From the NCBI RefSeq assembly GCF_044324875.1, contig NZ_CP172185.1: a stretch of DNA of 64,000 nt; one strand, 5' to 3'. Under the pieces are notes generated by a model. That model was not told the DNA's origin. It did not search any database and was given only the letters and a program-made list of their open reading frames with translations. How positions within the stretch are numbered: the stretch's first letter is position 1; every line of letters begins with the position of its first letter. The stretch comes from Escherichia coli (GTDB lineage: Bacteria; Pseudomonadota; Gammaproteobacteria; Enterobacterales; Enterobacteriaceae). The position numbers and the translations under genes are program-made. Positions 1-9,740 of this stretch are shown here, in pieces.

Positions 1-860
1 CCGGGAAGGAATGGTCGGAGGCATCCGAGCTGGCCTGGATGGCGTCGGTGTACAAATTCTACGGTGCCGGCGCATCCGAAGAGCTTGACTGTATTCCGGC
101 CAACGGTGGCGGTGCCTGGCTGTCCCGTGCCCTGATAGAGTCCCGAATGTCCGCTGATACGCCAGTATTGCGTCTGACCTGCAAGGAAGGTTATGAACTG
201 CTGTCTGATGAGGTTCGCTTCCACGAGACACAGGACTGGCTTGATGAGCATCTGAAACCCTTGCTGGAGGCACTCCCCACTGATGCCCGCTCTTTCCTGG
301 GGCGCGACTTTGGTCGCAGCGGTGATTTGTCGGTGGACTATCCCCTGCTGCAGGAGAAGAACCTGGTACGACGCGTGCCATTCGTACTGGAGCTGCGTAA
401 CGTGCCGTTCAGACAGCAGGAGCAAATCACCTGGTATCTGATGGATGGCCTGCCCGGTCTGCTGGGTGCAGCATTTGATGCCCGTGGTAATGGTGCCTAT
501 CTGGCTGAATACGCCATGCAGCGCTACGGCTCCAGCCGGGTTCAGCAGGTGATGCCAACCGAAGGCTGGTACCGGGAGCATATGCCTCCGGTCAAAGCTG
601 CACTGGAAGACGGTAACCTGCTGGACTTACCAAAAGATGAAGACACACTGGATGACCTGCGGGCCGTTCAGGTGGTGAACGGTGTCCCCCGCGTGCCGGA
701 ACAACGCTCAAAAGCAAAGGCTGATGGTGGTAAACGCCACGGGGATTCAGCCATCGCACTGGCGCTGGCGTATTTCGCCAGCCGTGAAATTAACAAAGGG
801 CCGGTGAAGGCAAGCTCACGACGTCGTCGTCAGGCGGCCCGTATGCTGGAGGGATTCTGA
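1..860 (+). CDS. Terminase large subunit, C-terminal nuclease part (5-prime partial, frame open to window edge)
   Basis: Frame of ORF 39..860 has no stop back to position 3; followed by portal with ATGA overlap; gene order. Confidence 0.75.
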   Translation, partial: GKEWSEASELAWMASVYKFYGAGASEELDCIPANGGGAWLSRALIESRMSADTPVLRLTCKEGYELLSDEVRFHETQDWLDEHLKPLLEALPTDARSFLGRDFGRSGDLSVDYPLLQEKNLVRRVPFVLELRNVPFRQQEQITWYLMDGLPGLLGAAFDARGNGAYLAEYAMQRYGSSRVQQVMPTEGWYREHMPPVKAALEDGNLLDLPKDEDTLDDLRAVQVVNGVPRVPEQRSKAKADGGKRHGDSAIALALAYFASREINKGPVKASSRRRRQAARMLEGF

Positions 861-2356
861 TGGCAAAAGGTATCTGGGTTTCACCCGATGAGTTCGTGGC
901 GTTTGCCGAACCCAAAAAGTCACTGACCGCGCAGATTGCCTCCCGCAGCCGCGCCATCGACTTTTACGCTCTGGGAATGTACCTGCCCAACCCTGATCCC
1001 ATTCTCAAGGCTCAGGGACGGGATATCCGTATCTACCGCGAACTGCGCACCGACCCGCTGGTCGGGGGCTGTATCCGCAGACGTAAAGCAGCGGTCAAAT
1101 CGCTGGAACGTGGACTGGAGCGCGGTCACGCTTCTGCCCGGGTCTTCCGTTTCATCCGCGACATGCTCGACGATCTGGATCTGTCCCGCATCATCGGTGA
1201 GATGAGCGATGCCGTGCTCTACGGGTATCAGCCCTGTGAAATCATGTGGGGCCGTTCGGTCAGGGCGTGGGCGGTGACGGATATTGTCGGCAAACCGCCT
1301 GAGTGGTTTCAGTTTGATACGGACAACTGCCTGCGCTTCCGGGCTCGTGATGCGGGTGTGGAGGGTGAGCTGCTGTCACCGTCAAAATTCGTGGTGCCGG
1401 CACAGGATGCCTCGTATGACAATCCTTACGGTTTCCCGGACCTGTCCATGTGCTTCTGGCCGGTCGCCTTCAAGAAAGGCGGGATGAAATTCTGGCTCCG
1501 CTTTGCCGAAAAGTTTGGCTCCCCCTGGGTCATCGGTAAGCACCCGAGGGGTGCAAATGATGCAGAGATTGAAAAACTGCTGGACTCCATGGAGCAGATG
1601 GTGGAGGACGCGGTGGCCGCCATCCCTGATGACAGCAGCATCGAACTCAAAGCAGCGGATGGCAAGGCGGACAGCAGCGAGGTATTCCGCGAGCTGATCA
1701 CACTGTCACGCAGTGAGATCTCCATTGCATTACTCGGTCAGAATCAGACCACGGAAGCGAACAGTAACAAGGCCTCTGCACAGGCCGGGCTGGAGGTGAC
1801 GGCTGATATCCGCGATGCGGATGCGGACATCATTCAGGCGGCAGTGAATCAGGTCATAAGAACGGTGGTCACCCTGAACTTCGGCGATGTGCCGTGTCCG
1901 GTCTGGGCCATGTGGGAACAGGAGGCCATTGATGACACCCGTGCCACCCGCGATGAAAAACTCACCCGGGCGGGTCTGCGTCTGACCCCGCAATACTTCA
2001 AGCGTGAGTACCAGCTGCAGGACGGCGATATTGACGAGACACCACCGTCAGAATGCGAGAAGAACATGCTGCCGCTGTCATTTGCCGAGGCGATTGATGC
2101 CGATATTCAGGCTCAGCAGCAGCTTGACGACGCGCTGGACATTCTGATGAACGGAGGTGTGTTAAATGGCACGCTGGAACCCGTCCTGGCACCTCTGTTC
2201 AGACGGGTCGAAAACGGGGTTAACCCGACTGAGCTGCTGGGCGAACTGGCGGAGCTCTACCCTCAGATGAACACGGACGATCTGCAGGAGCGGCTGGCCC
2301 GTATTCTCTTTGTGGCAAATATCTGGGGGCATCTGCATGAGCGTGACAACGGCTGA
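860..2356 (+). CDS. Portal protein (Mu gp29-like)
   Basis: 498 aa directly after terminase with ATGA stop-start overlap; size and position typical of Mu-like portal. Confidence 0.8.
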   Translation: MAKGIWVSPDEFVAFAEPKKSLTAQIASRSRAIDFYALGMYLPNPDPILKAQGRDIRIYRELRTDPLVGGCIRRRKAAVKSLERGLERGHASARVFRFIRDMLDDLDLSRIIGEMSDAVLYGYQPCEIMWGRSVRAWAVTDIVGKPPEWFQFDTDNCLRFRARDAGVEGELLSPSKFVVPAQDASYDNPYGFPDLSMCFWPVAFKKGGMKFWLRFAEKFGSPWVIGKHPRGANDAEIEKLLDSMEQMVEDAVAAIPDDSSIELKAADGKADSSEVFRELITLSRSEISIALLGQNQTTEANSNKASAQAGLEVTADIRDADADIIQAAVNQVIRTVVTLNFGDVPCPVWAMWEQEAIDDTRATRDEKLTRAGLRLTPQYFKREYQLQDGDIDETPPSECEKNMLPLSFAEAIDADIQAQQQLDDALDILMNGGVLNGTLEPVLAPLFRRVENGVNPTELLGELAELYPQMNTDDLQERLARILFVANIWGHLHERDNG

Positions 2357-3158
2357 ACTGGCGTACTGCATGACGCTTCCCCCGAAGCGGGCAGTCAGCT
2401 ACCTGAAGTCCAAAGGGTATCAGATTACCTGGGACCAGGAAGAAATGTGGCAGGACGCCCATGCCCGCGCCTTTACCGTCGCTAAAGTGACCCGCCTGGA
2501 TATTCTGGAAGATATTCGCGGGACACTGCAGCAGGCTGTTGATGAAGGAAAAACCGATCGCTGGTTCCGGCAGGAGCTGGAGCCGGCGCTGAAGCGCAGG
2601 GGATGGTGGGGACCGCGTGACACGACTGACCCGGTAACGGGTGAGCCGGTCACCATTCAGCAGGGCAGTCCGTGGCGGCTCGATACCATCTTTCGCACCA
2701 ATATGTCCGTACTCTACAGCGCCGGTCGTTGGGCGGAGCAGATGGAAAACGTCGACGACAGGCCGTACTGGATGTATACCGGCATCAACGACAGCCATAC
2801 CCGCAGGAGCCATCTGGCGCTGCATGGTCTGGTGCTGCGCTGGGATGACCCGTTCTGGCAGGCATTTTACCCGCCGAACGGCTGGCGCTGCCGCTGTAGT
2901 GTGATTGCCCTGAGTGCGGCGGATGTACGTGCCCGTGGCCTGAAGGTTATCAGCTCCGGCTCTGCCATGGGCCAGGAACTGAAACTGGTCTCAGAGAAAA
3001 CCGGCGAAATGTGGAACGTGGCCACCTTTAATACCGGCACCACGAAGGTGACCACCGACGTCGGCTGGTCTTATGCACCGGGGGCAGCATACCGTCCCGA
3101 CCTGGCCCGCTATCAGGGTACGCTTCAGCCACTGGCACAACAGGAACTGAGAGGATAA
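2337..3158 (+). CDS. Head morphogenesis protein (Mu F-like)
   Basis: Position after portal; ATG at 2337 preferred over upstream TTG at 2310 (MSVTTAELAY...). Confidence 0.7.
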   Translation: MSVTTAELAYCMTLPPKRAVSYLKSKGYQITWDQEEMWQDAHARAFTVAKVTRLDILEDIRGTLQQAVDEGKTDRWFRQELEPALKRRGWWGPRDTTDPVTGEPVTIQQGSPWRLDTIFRTNMSVLYSAGRWAEQMENVDDRPYWMYTGINDSHTRRSHLALHGLVLRWDDPFWQAFYPPNGWRCRCSVIALSAADVRARGLKVISSGSAMGQELKLVSEKTGEMWNVATFNTGTTKVTTDVGWSYAPGAAYRPDLARYQGTLQPLAQQELRG

Positions 3159-3160
3159 CA

Positions 3161-3619
3161 ATGGCTTCCGATAACCTGGTCAGTGTCACCATTAATGATA
3201 AATCCCTGCGCCGGAGCCTCCGTGCGCTGGATCTGGCTGCCACAGACATGGAGCCTGCGATGCGCAAAATCGCCGGAACCCTGCTGGCGGAAACACAGTT
3301 TAACTTTCTTGATGAGGGGCGTCCGGGGTGGATGCCCTCGCTGGCAGCGGAAGAACGTAACGGACAGACACTGCAGGATACCGGGCGTCTGATGGGGTCA
3401 GTATCAACCGAGCATGACGACCGGCAGGCTGTTGTGGGGACCAACGTTGTTTACGGTGCCATTCACCAGTTCGGGGGTAAAACGGGGCGTAATGAGTCTG
3501 TTGAACTTCCGGCCCGCCCGTTCCTGCCGGTGACGGAGGATGGAGAGCTACAGCCTGAAGTGGTAGTCCCCATCCTCGATACCATTGTCCGCCATCTTGA
3601 AGCAGCGGCCCGTCGCTGA
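3161..3619 (+). CDS. Virion morphogenesis protein (Mu G-like)
   Basis: 152 aa ORF immediately after F-like gene; Mu gene order. Confidence 0.65.
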   Translation: MASDNLVSVTINDKSLRRSLRALDLAATDMEPAMRKIAGTLLAETQFNFLDEGRPGWMPSLAAEERNGQTLQDTGRLMGSVSTEHDDRQAVVGTNVVYGAIHQFGGKTGRNESVELPARPFLPVTEDGELQPEVVVPILDTIVRHLEAAARR

Positions 3620-3661
3620 GTTTTCTCTCTTCAGGCGGGTGATTTATCATTGCCAGCGAAT

Positions 3662-3706
3662 GAGGGGCTGTATTACCTTTATAAAGGCTTTACAGCCTCT
3701 GTTTTA
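3662..3706 (+). terminator. Hairpin with embedded perfect palindrome CCTTTATAAAGG, followed by GTTTTAT
   Basis: GAGGGGCTGTA...TACAGCCTCT 10-bp stem with palindromic loop, in the 214-bp gap between G-like and I-like genes. Confidence 0.4.
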
Positions 3707-3833
3707 TAACTGCCTCCGGTTCACCACATTGCTTTCCCTGTCCTTCTCCCCTGATGTTTTCTAAAGCAGATTAAAATCGCCGGGCCCGCATTTCTCACAA
3801 ACTGTCTCCGACAACATAACGCGGGACAGCAAA

Positions 3834-4949
3834 ATGTCAGCCATTCACATTTTTAAAGCCGGTACTCATACCGATATGCACGGCAAAAAACTGCCGTTCA
3901 CGCCAGACGATCTTGCCGCCTGCGTGAAAGCCTATGACCCGTCCGTCCATGAAGCACCACTCGTGATTGGTCATCCCAGAACGGAAGACCCGGCGTGGGG
4001 CTGGGTGAAAGCCCTGTCGCTCAGCGGCGTCGATCTGATGGCAGAGCCTGCCCAGCTGGACCCGCAGTTTGCTGAGATGGTCACCGACGGACGATTCAAA
4101 AAAGTGTCTGCCTCTTTCTACCTCCCGGATTCACCGTCCAATCCGAAGCCCGGCGTGCTCTACCTGCGCCATGTGGGCTTTCTTGGGGCACAGCCACCTT
4201 CCGTCAAAGGACTGAAACAGGTGTCCTTCAGTGAGCAGGAAGAAGGTGTGGTGGAGTTCGCCGACTGGCAGGCCATCACGAATGCCTCACTGTGGGGAAA
4301 GCTGCGCGATTTTCTGATCGCCCGCTTCAGTCTGGACGAAGCAGAAAAAGTTCTGCCGGAATGGCAGCTCAACAGTCTGCGCGAAGAGGCGTACCGCGAC
4401 ACACCGTCGCAGGATGCAGCAGGTGCGCAATTCAGTGAGACAGGCCAGGTGCCGTCTTCCGCAAGTAACGAGGAATCATCGATGACAAAAGAAGAGATTG
4501 AAGCCCTTCAGGCGGAGAACCGCCGCCTGAAGCAGCAGGCTGCTGATCGCGATGCGCGTGATGCACAGGTCAGACAGGAGCAACTGCATAAGGACAATGT
4601 GGCCTTTGCAGAAAAACTGGTCGCAGAGGGCCGTCTGGCTCCCCGCGCCTCCTCCGTGGTGGTTGCCCTGCTGGATTCCGTCGCCGGTGGCGACAAGCCG
4701 GTGGAGTTTGCTGAGGGGGAAAGCCGCACACCGCTGGCCACCGCCTTCCGTTCGCTGCTCTCCGACGGGGAGCCGGTGATGAACTTCGCCGAACAGGCCA
4801 CGAAGGAGCGTGTCGGCGACACGGTGAAAGTGGATGTGACGGAGTTTGCAGAAGCCGACCCTGACCGTCTGGCACTGCACCAGAAGGCTGTGGAACTGTC
4901 GAAAAAAGAAGGCATCAGCTATGAGGCTGCTGTCACACGCTGCCTGTAA
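3834..4949 (+). CDS. Head protease / scaffolding protein (Mu I-like)
   Basis: 371 aa, immediately upstream of major capsid gene; charged coiled-coil-like C-terminal half typical of scaffold. Confidence 0.7.
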   Translation: MSAIHIFKAGTHTDMHGKKLPFTPDDLAACVKAYDPSVHEAPLVIGHPRTEDPAWGWVKALSLSGVDLMAEPAQLDPQFAEMVTDGRFKKVSASFYLPDSPSNPKPGVLYLRHVGFLGAQPPSVKGLKQVSFSEQEEGVVEFADWQAITNASLWGKLRDFLIARFSLDEAEKVLPEWQLNSLREEAYRDTPSQDAAGAQFSETGQVPSSASNEESSMTKEEIEALQAENRRLKQQAADRDARDAQVRQEQLHKDNVAFAEKLVAEGRLAPRASSVVVALLDSVAGGDKPVEFAEGESRTPLATAFRSLLSDGEPVMNFAEQATKERVGDTVKVDVTEFAEADPDRLALHQKAVELSKKEGISYEAAVTRCL

Positions 4950-4958
4950 GGAGAAAGC

Positions 4959-5912
4959 ATGTCTGATTACTTAAAAAATAAACGCGTTGTTGATCCTGTT
5001 ATGACCAGCATCGCGCGTGGCTACAGGAATGCAGCCTTCATCGGAGAACATATATTTCCGGTTGTGTATACGGACAGAGAAGCGGTAACGGTCCCCGTTT
5101 TCGGGAGATCAGCGTTTGTGGAAGTTGATACCGTCCGTGCTGTGGGGGCAGACAGTAATGTTCTGATCAGGGAAAAGAGCAGTACGCTGGATCTGGTGTT
5201 GCATGAGCACGATCTTGCTGCACCTGTGGACTACCGTGAACAGACGGAGTCAATGTTCAACGAAGAGGCCAAGGCAATCCGGCGGGTGACAAATGGCATT
5301 CATCTTCGCCGTGAGCTTATTGCTGCCCGTCTTGCGCAGGACAAAAAAGTGTACCCGGCATCTTCGGTAAAGACGATGACGTCTGTTGAACGCTGGGAAG
5401 GAGGCCATGGTGATCCTGTTGAGGTCATTGAGGGAGGCATTGAAGCTGTGCGAAGTAAGATCGGGGTCAGACCCAATCTGATGGTCATGGGAGCCAGTGT
5501 GATGCCCCTGCTGAGATATCATCCAGCCATCACCACTGCTCTGGGACTTAATGAGAGAAAACGGATCACCCCGCAAATCCTCAGGGAGCTTTTTGGTCTG
5601 GACAAGGTCATTGTGGGTGAGCCTGTTTCCATGGCATCCATGACTGATGCAGGCAACCGGAACAAATATCCGGTGGACATCTGGGGAGATAATCTCATGC
5701 TCTTCTATGTCACTCCACCGCGAGAAGGTGCCGAAAGTGCCGACGAAAATGAACCATCGTTCGGGTATACCCTGCGACGTAAGGGGATGCCGGTGGCAGA
5801 TAAATACGATGGAGTGGGCGGAAAGGTGAAGTACTGCCGTTATACCGACATCTATAAGGTGGCGGTCGTGGGCGGGGATGCCGGTTATCTCGTTACAAAT
5901 ATAGTGAAGTAA
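4959..5912 (+). CDS. Major capsid protein (Mu T-like)
   Basis: 317 aa, strong RBS TAAGGAG, position after protease/scaffold. Confidence 0.8.
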   Translation: MSDYLKNKRVVDPVMTSIARGYRNAAFIGEHIFPVVYTDREAVTVPVFGRSAFVEVDTVRAVGADSNVLIREKSSTLDLVLHEHDLAAPVDYREQTESMFNEEAKAIRRVTNGIHLRRELIAARLAQDKKVYPASSVKTMTSVERWEGGHGDPVEVIEGGIEAVRSKIGVRPNLMVMGASVMPLLRYHPAITTALGLNERKRITPQILRELFGLDKVIVGEPVSMASMTDAGNRNKYPVDIWGDNLMLFYVTPPREGAESADENEPSFGYTLRRKGMPVADKYDGVGGKVKYCRYTDIYKVAVVGGDAGYLVTNIVK

Positions 5913-5922
5913 GGAGAAGTCT

Positions 5923-6258
5923 ATGACTACACAGCAGGTCACTCTGACCATGACAGTCACAGCCAGTACTGCACTTACTCAGCAGAGGTTTGTGGGAGCA
6001 GATAACGGCGCATGTAAGCAGGGTGCCGTTGCCGTCGGTGTCGCCCAGGTGGATGCCCGTGCAGGTGATCTGACCCCGGTGAGTGTGACCGGGATCCTTG
6101 CAGTTGAAACGGGAGCGGCAGTTTCCAGAGGGGCACTGGTACAGTCTGATGCCAAATCAAGGGCTGTTCCTCAGGCTGACAGTGGTAAATCCTGTGGCAT
6201 TGCACTGGATGAGGCAAAGGCCGAAGGCGACATCATCCGTATCCTGCGCGGGGTGTGA
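5923..6258 (+). CDS. Small capsid-associated protein (Ala/Gly/Val-rich, possible decoration protein)
   Basis: 111 aa ORF with RBS TAAGGAG directly after capsid gene. Confidence 0.5.
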   Translation: MTTQQVTLTMTVTASTALTQQRFVGADNGACKQGAVAVGVAQVDARAGDLTPVSVTGILAVETGAAVSRGALVQSDAKSRAVPQADSGKSCGIALDEAKAEGDIIRILRGV

Positions 6259-6259
6259 G

Positions 6260-6706
6260 ATGTACTGCACCCTGGAGGATTTGCTTGCGCAGGTGCCGGA
6301 ACGAACGCTGATCGAGCTCACCAGTGAAGATATGGACTTCGACTCGCCTGCAACAGTGAATACCCGTGTGGTGGACAGCTGTATCCGCTATGCCGACGAG
6401 CTGATTGATGCCCATCTGCGCGGACGCTATATCCTGCCGCTGGCGGAGATACCGACCGTTCTGCGGGACATTGCCATCACGCTGGTCCGTTACCGGCTCT
6501 ACGCCCGCCGCCCGGAAGGTGACCTCCCGGATACGGTGAAGGATGACCACAAAGAAGCGCTGCGGCAACTCAGGGAGTTACGTGATAACAGGCTCACGCT
6601 GGGGCTGCCGTCCACTCAGAAAGATGTGCCTGAGCCAGGAGAGTTTCGTGTACGCAGTCGCCCGGCCACTTTCGGCGGTCGTGACGGTTTACTGGAGAAA
6701 TACTGA
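6260..6706 (+). CDS. Head-tail connector/completion protein (Mu gp36-like)
   Basis: ATG at 6260 two nt after previous stop (MYCTLEDLLAQ...); upstream part of track ORF 6098..6706 overlaps the preceding gene and is rejected. Confidence 0.55.
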   Translation: MYCTLEDLLAQVPERTLIELTSEDMDFDSPATVNTRVVDSCIRYADELIDAHLRGRYILPLAEIPTVLRDIAITLVRYRLYARRPEGDLPDTVKDDHKEALRQLRELRDNRLTLGLPSTQKDVPEPGEFRVRSRPATFGGRDGLLEKY

Positions 6707-7170
6707 TGAACGTTCTGCCCGTCCTTGATGCGGTACTGGCCCGGTTACGCGAGAACCTGCCGCAACTGCAGGTGGAGTACTTCCCGGAGAAACCGGCTGA
6801 ATATCGCCTGAACCATCCGGTTGGCGCGTTGCTGCTGAGCTATGCCGGTTCGCGCTTTGACAGGCCGGATGATACCGGTGCGGTGATCCAGCCTCAGACT
6901 ATCCAGCTCTGCGTCACGGTGGTCTTCCGCCAGCTCAACGGTAAAAAAGGGGCGATTAATGTCCTGGATGCTGTCCGCCGCATTCTCGGTGGCTACACCC
7001 CGCCCGGCTGCCGCCGTCGTATCTGGCTGACCCGCGAGGTGTTTATCGGTGAAGTCAGGGGGCTGTGGCAATACGCCCTCGACTTCGCGACTGAAAGCGT
7101 CTTTATCGAAGACAGCGATTTACCGTCCGGCCCGCTGTTAACCGAAGTGAACTATGAGGAAAGCGAGTGA
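6706..7170 (+). CDS. Head-tail joining / tail completion protein (Mu gp37-like)
   Basis: 154 aa, ATGA overlap with upstream gene. Confidence 0.5.
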   Translation: MNVLPVLDAVLARLRENLPQLQVEYFPEKPAEYRLNHPVGALLLSYAGSRFDRPDDTGAVIQPQTIQLCVTVVFRQLNGKKGAINVLDAVRRILGGYTPPGCRRRIWLTREVFIGEVRGLWQYALDFATESVFIEDSDLPSGPLLTEVNYEESE

Positions 7171-7421
7171 TGAAAGCATACCGCTATTCCGGCCCGGCCA
7201 GCGGCGTCACGCTGTCGGACGGAACCGAAATCCTGCTCTGGCCGGGGAAGACGTTTTCCCTGCCGGAGGAGCATGACTACGTGAAGGTACTGGTGGCGCT
7301 GAAACATCTGACGCCGGTACCTGAAGAGACTAAACTCGCCGGCACACCGGCTGTGCAGTCACCAAAGCGCAGAAGCAGCAGTGACAGCGAAGTGAAAACG
7401 GAGGACACCCATGGCAGCTAA
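7170..7421 (+). CDS. Small conserved phage protein (Mu gp38-like)
   Basis: 83-84 aa ORF overlapping both neighbours, upstream of sheath. Confidence 0.45.
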   Translation: MKAYRYSGPASGVTLSDGTEILLWPGKTFSLPEEHDYVKVLVALKHLTPVPEETKLAGTPAVQSPKRRSSSDSEVKTEDTHGS

Positions 7422-8838
7422 CTATCTGCATGGTCCCGAAACCATTGAGGTGGAAAACGGTGCCCGCCCGGTTAAAACGGTGAAATCTGCCGTTATTGGC
7501 CTGATTGGTACCGCCCCGATGGGGGACGTCAATACGCTGGTACAGTGCCTGTCTGAGAAAGACGCAGCGGCATTTGGCAGCCAGTTCACCGGCTTTACCA
7601 TTCCGCAGGCGCTGGATGCGATTTATGACCATGGTGCAGGCACCGTTCTGGTCATTAACGTCCTCGACCCGGCGAAACATAAAACGGCGATCCAGGGTGA
7701 AGTGGTTACCTTTGACAAATCGACAGGGCAGGCCAGACTTGCGCATCCGGTTGTCGCTAATGTGGTGGTGAAAAACAGTGAAGGCAGCACCACCCACACG
7801 GCGAACACGGACTACCGTGTTGATGCGCAGGCGGGTGTGCTCACGAACCTGGGCAAGGCTATTGAGGCCGGTGGCAGCGTGAAGGTGAGCTATGAGTACG
7901 CGGACCCGTCGAAGGTGACTGCGGCGGACATCATCGGCGGGGTGAACAGCGCCGGAAACCGAACCGGCATGAAGCTGCTTAACGACAGCTTCAACCTGTA
8001 CGGCTATTTTGCCAAAATTCTGATTGCGCCGGTGTTCTGCACCCAGAAGAGTGTAGCAGTTGAGCTTATCGCCATGACAGAGAAGCTGGGCGCGGTAACC
8101 TACATTGATGCGCCTGTCGGTACCACCTTTGCACAGGCTCTGGCAGGTCGTGGCCCGGAAGGCACCATTAACTTCAATACCAGCTCCGACCGCGTCCGTC
8201 TGTGCTATCCGCATGTGAAGGTATATGACCCGGTGACAAACACGGAGCGTCTGGAGCCGCTCAGCCAGCGTGCAGCAGGTCTGCGTGCCAGAGTCGATCT
8301 GGACAAGGGCTACTGGTGGTCATCCTCCAATCAGGAGATTCTGGGGATCACCGGCGTGGAGCGCCAGCTGTCCGCGATGATTGATGACCCGCAGAGTGAG
8401 GTGAACCTGCTTAACGAACAGGGGATCACCACGGTATTCAGCAGTTACGGCAGCGGCCTTCGTCTGTGGGGTAACCGGACGGCAGCATGGCCAACGGTCA
8501 CCCATATGCGTAACTTTGAGAACGTTCGCCGCACCGGTGATGTGATCAACGAGTCCATTCGTTATTTCAGCCAGCAGTACATCGACATGCCGATTACTCA
8601 GGCGCTGATTGATGCACTGACGGAGTCGGTCAACGCCTACGGTCGCAAAATGACTGGTGATGGTGCGGTACTGGGCTTCCGTTGCTGGTTTGATCCGGCC
8701 CGCAATCCGGAGACGGAGCTGGCCGCCGGGCACCTGTTGCTGAGCTACAAATATACGCCACCACCGCCGCTGGAGCGACTGACGTTTGAGACTGAGATCA
8801 CCTCGGAATACCTGTTAACCCTGAAAGGGGGCAACTGA
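7411..8838 (+). CDS. Contractile tail sheath protein
   Basis: 475 aa immediately upstream of tube gene; myovirus sheath size and position. Confidence 0.9.
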   Translation: MAANYLHGPETIEVENGARPVKTVKSAVIGLIGTAPMGDVNTLVQCLSEKDAAAFGSQFTGFTIPQALDAIYDHGAGTVLVINVLDPAKHKTAIQGEVVTFDKSTGQARLAHPVVANVVVKNSEGSTTHTANTDYRVDAQAGVLTNLGKAIEAGGSVKVSYEYADPSKVTAADIIGGVNSAGNRTGMKLLNDSFNLYGYFAKILIAPVFCTQKSVAVELIAMTEKLGAVTYIDAPVGTTFAQALAGRGPEGTINFNTSSDRVRLCYPHVKVYDPVTNTERLEPLSQRAAGLRARVDLDKGYWWSSSNQEILGITGVERQLSAMIDDPQSEVNLLNEQGITTVFSSYGSGLRLWGNRTAAWPTVTHMRNFENVRRTGDVINESIRYFSQQYIDMPITQALIDALTESVNAYGRKMTGDGAVLGFRCWFDPARNPETELAAGHLLLSYKYTPPPPLERLTFETEITSEYLLTLKGGN

Positions 8839-9359
8839 TGTCAAAGATTGAGATAAACCGCATCACGAATGCCAACATCTATCTGGATGGTACTAACCTG
8901 CTGGGACGGGCTGAGGAAGTTAAACTCCCCGATGTCTCCATGATTATGCAGGAACACAAGGCGCTGGGGATGGTGGGTAAGGTGGAACTCCCGGCTGGTT
9001 TTGACAAACTGGAAGGCGAAATCAAATGGAACAGCTTTTACCGCGATGCGATGCTGTCTGCCGCGAACCCGTACAGGTCGCTGGCACTGCAGTGTCGTTC
9101 CAGCGTCCAGCGCTACAGCTCGCAGGGGCTGATTGACGAAATCCCGCTGGTCACCTTCCTGACGATTATGTTCAAGAAGAACCCGCTGGGGACGTTCAAA
9201 CAGCACGAGAACGCCGAGTTCTCCAGTAGCTTCACATGCACGTATATCAGACAGGTACTGGATGGTGAAGAGCTGCTGCAACTGGACTATCTGGCCAACA
9301 TCTTCCGGGTCGGCGGTGTTGATCAACTGACTGACTACCGTATCAATATCGGGGGCTGA
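8838..9359 (+). CDS. Tail tube protein
   Basis: 173 aa, ATGA overlap with sheath. Confidence 0.85.
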   Translation: MSKIEINRITNANIYLDGTNLLGRAEEVKLPDVSMIMQEHKALGMVGKVELPAGFDKLEGEIKWNSFYRDAMLSAANPYRSLALQCRSSVQRYSSQGLIDEIPLVTFLTIMFKKNPLGTFKQHENAEFSSSFTCTYIRQVLDGEELLQLDYLANIFRVGGVDQLTDYRINIGG

Positions 9360-9361
9360 CG

Positions 9362-9643
9362 GTGAGTGTTGAACTGACGGATAAAGGAGGACGATGTGCG
9401 GCACTGGGCATGTCAAATGGTACGTGGTTTACCCTCCTTGATATTCCGGGGGTGGAAACCCTTTTTAATACCCGTAAAACCAATGACCCGATTGACTGCA
9501 CACGTTCAAAGGCCCGCAGACTGGCGGATTTGATTGAAGCATGGGAGCCTCCCGACCACTGGTTCTCCGGCACCGGCAAATCTGAGGGAAAGACGCTTCT
9601 CATCGCTTTCCTGCGTAACTGCAAGGGGTTTCGCACTTGCTGA
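9362..9643 (+). CDS. Hypothetical protein, possible moron between tube and chaperone genes (coding status uncertain)
   Basis: 93-aa ORF from GTG 9362 (or 77 aa from ATG 9410); no family recognised; followed by terminator-like hairpin. Confidence 0.3.
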   Translation: MSVELTDKGGRCAALGMSNGTWFTLLDIPGVETLFNTRKTNDPIDCTRSKARRLADLIEAWEPPDHWFSGTGKSEGKTLLIAFLRNCKGFRTC

Positions 9644-9649
9644 CATCAC

Positions 9650-9675
9650 AGGGGCTCCGGCCCCTTCTTCTTAAT
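9650..9675 (+). terminator. Rho-independent terminator-like hairpin
   Basis: AGGGGC-TCCG-GCCCCT stem-loop followed by TCTTCTT. Confidence 0.5.
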
Positions 9676-9740
9676 CTCCTTTAATATCCGTCACGCGCTT
9701 CTCCCGACATACTGCCCTGAACTTACACAGGAGCACAATC

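Noticed and set aside
6098-6259. Upstream part of track ORF 6098..6706
   Set aside because: Overlaps the preceding gene (5923..6258) in another frame; the ATG at 6260 right after that stop is the sensible start.
7330-8214. 294-aa minus-strand ORF
   Set aside because: Lies entirely antisense within the tail sheath gene; treated as a shadow ORF of GC-rich coding sequence.
9343-9636. 97-aa minus-strand ORF opposite the unassigned ORF
   Set aside because: Antisense to the late operon with no promoter or RBS evidence; the + strand ORF is the more plausible, though itself uncertain.
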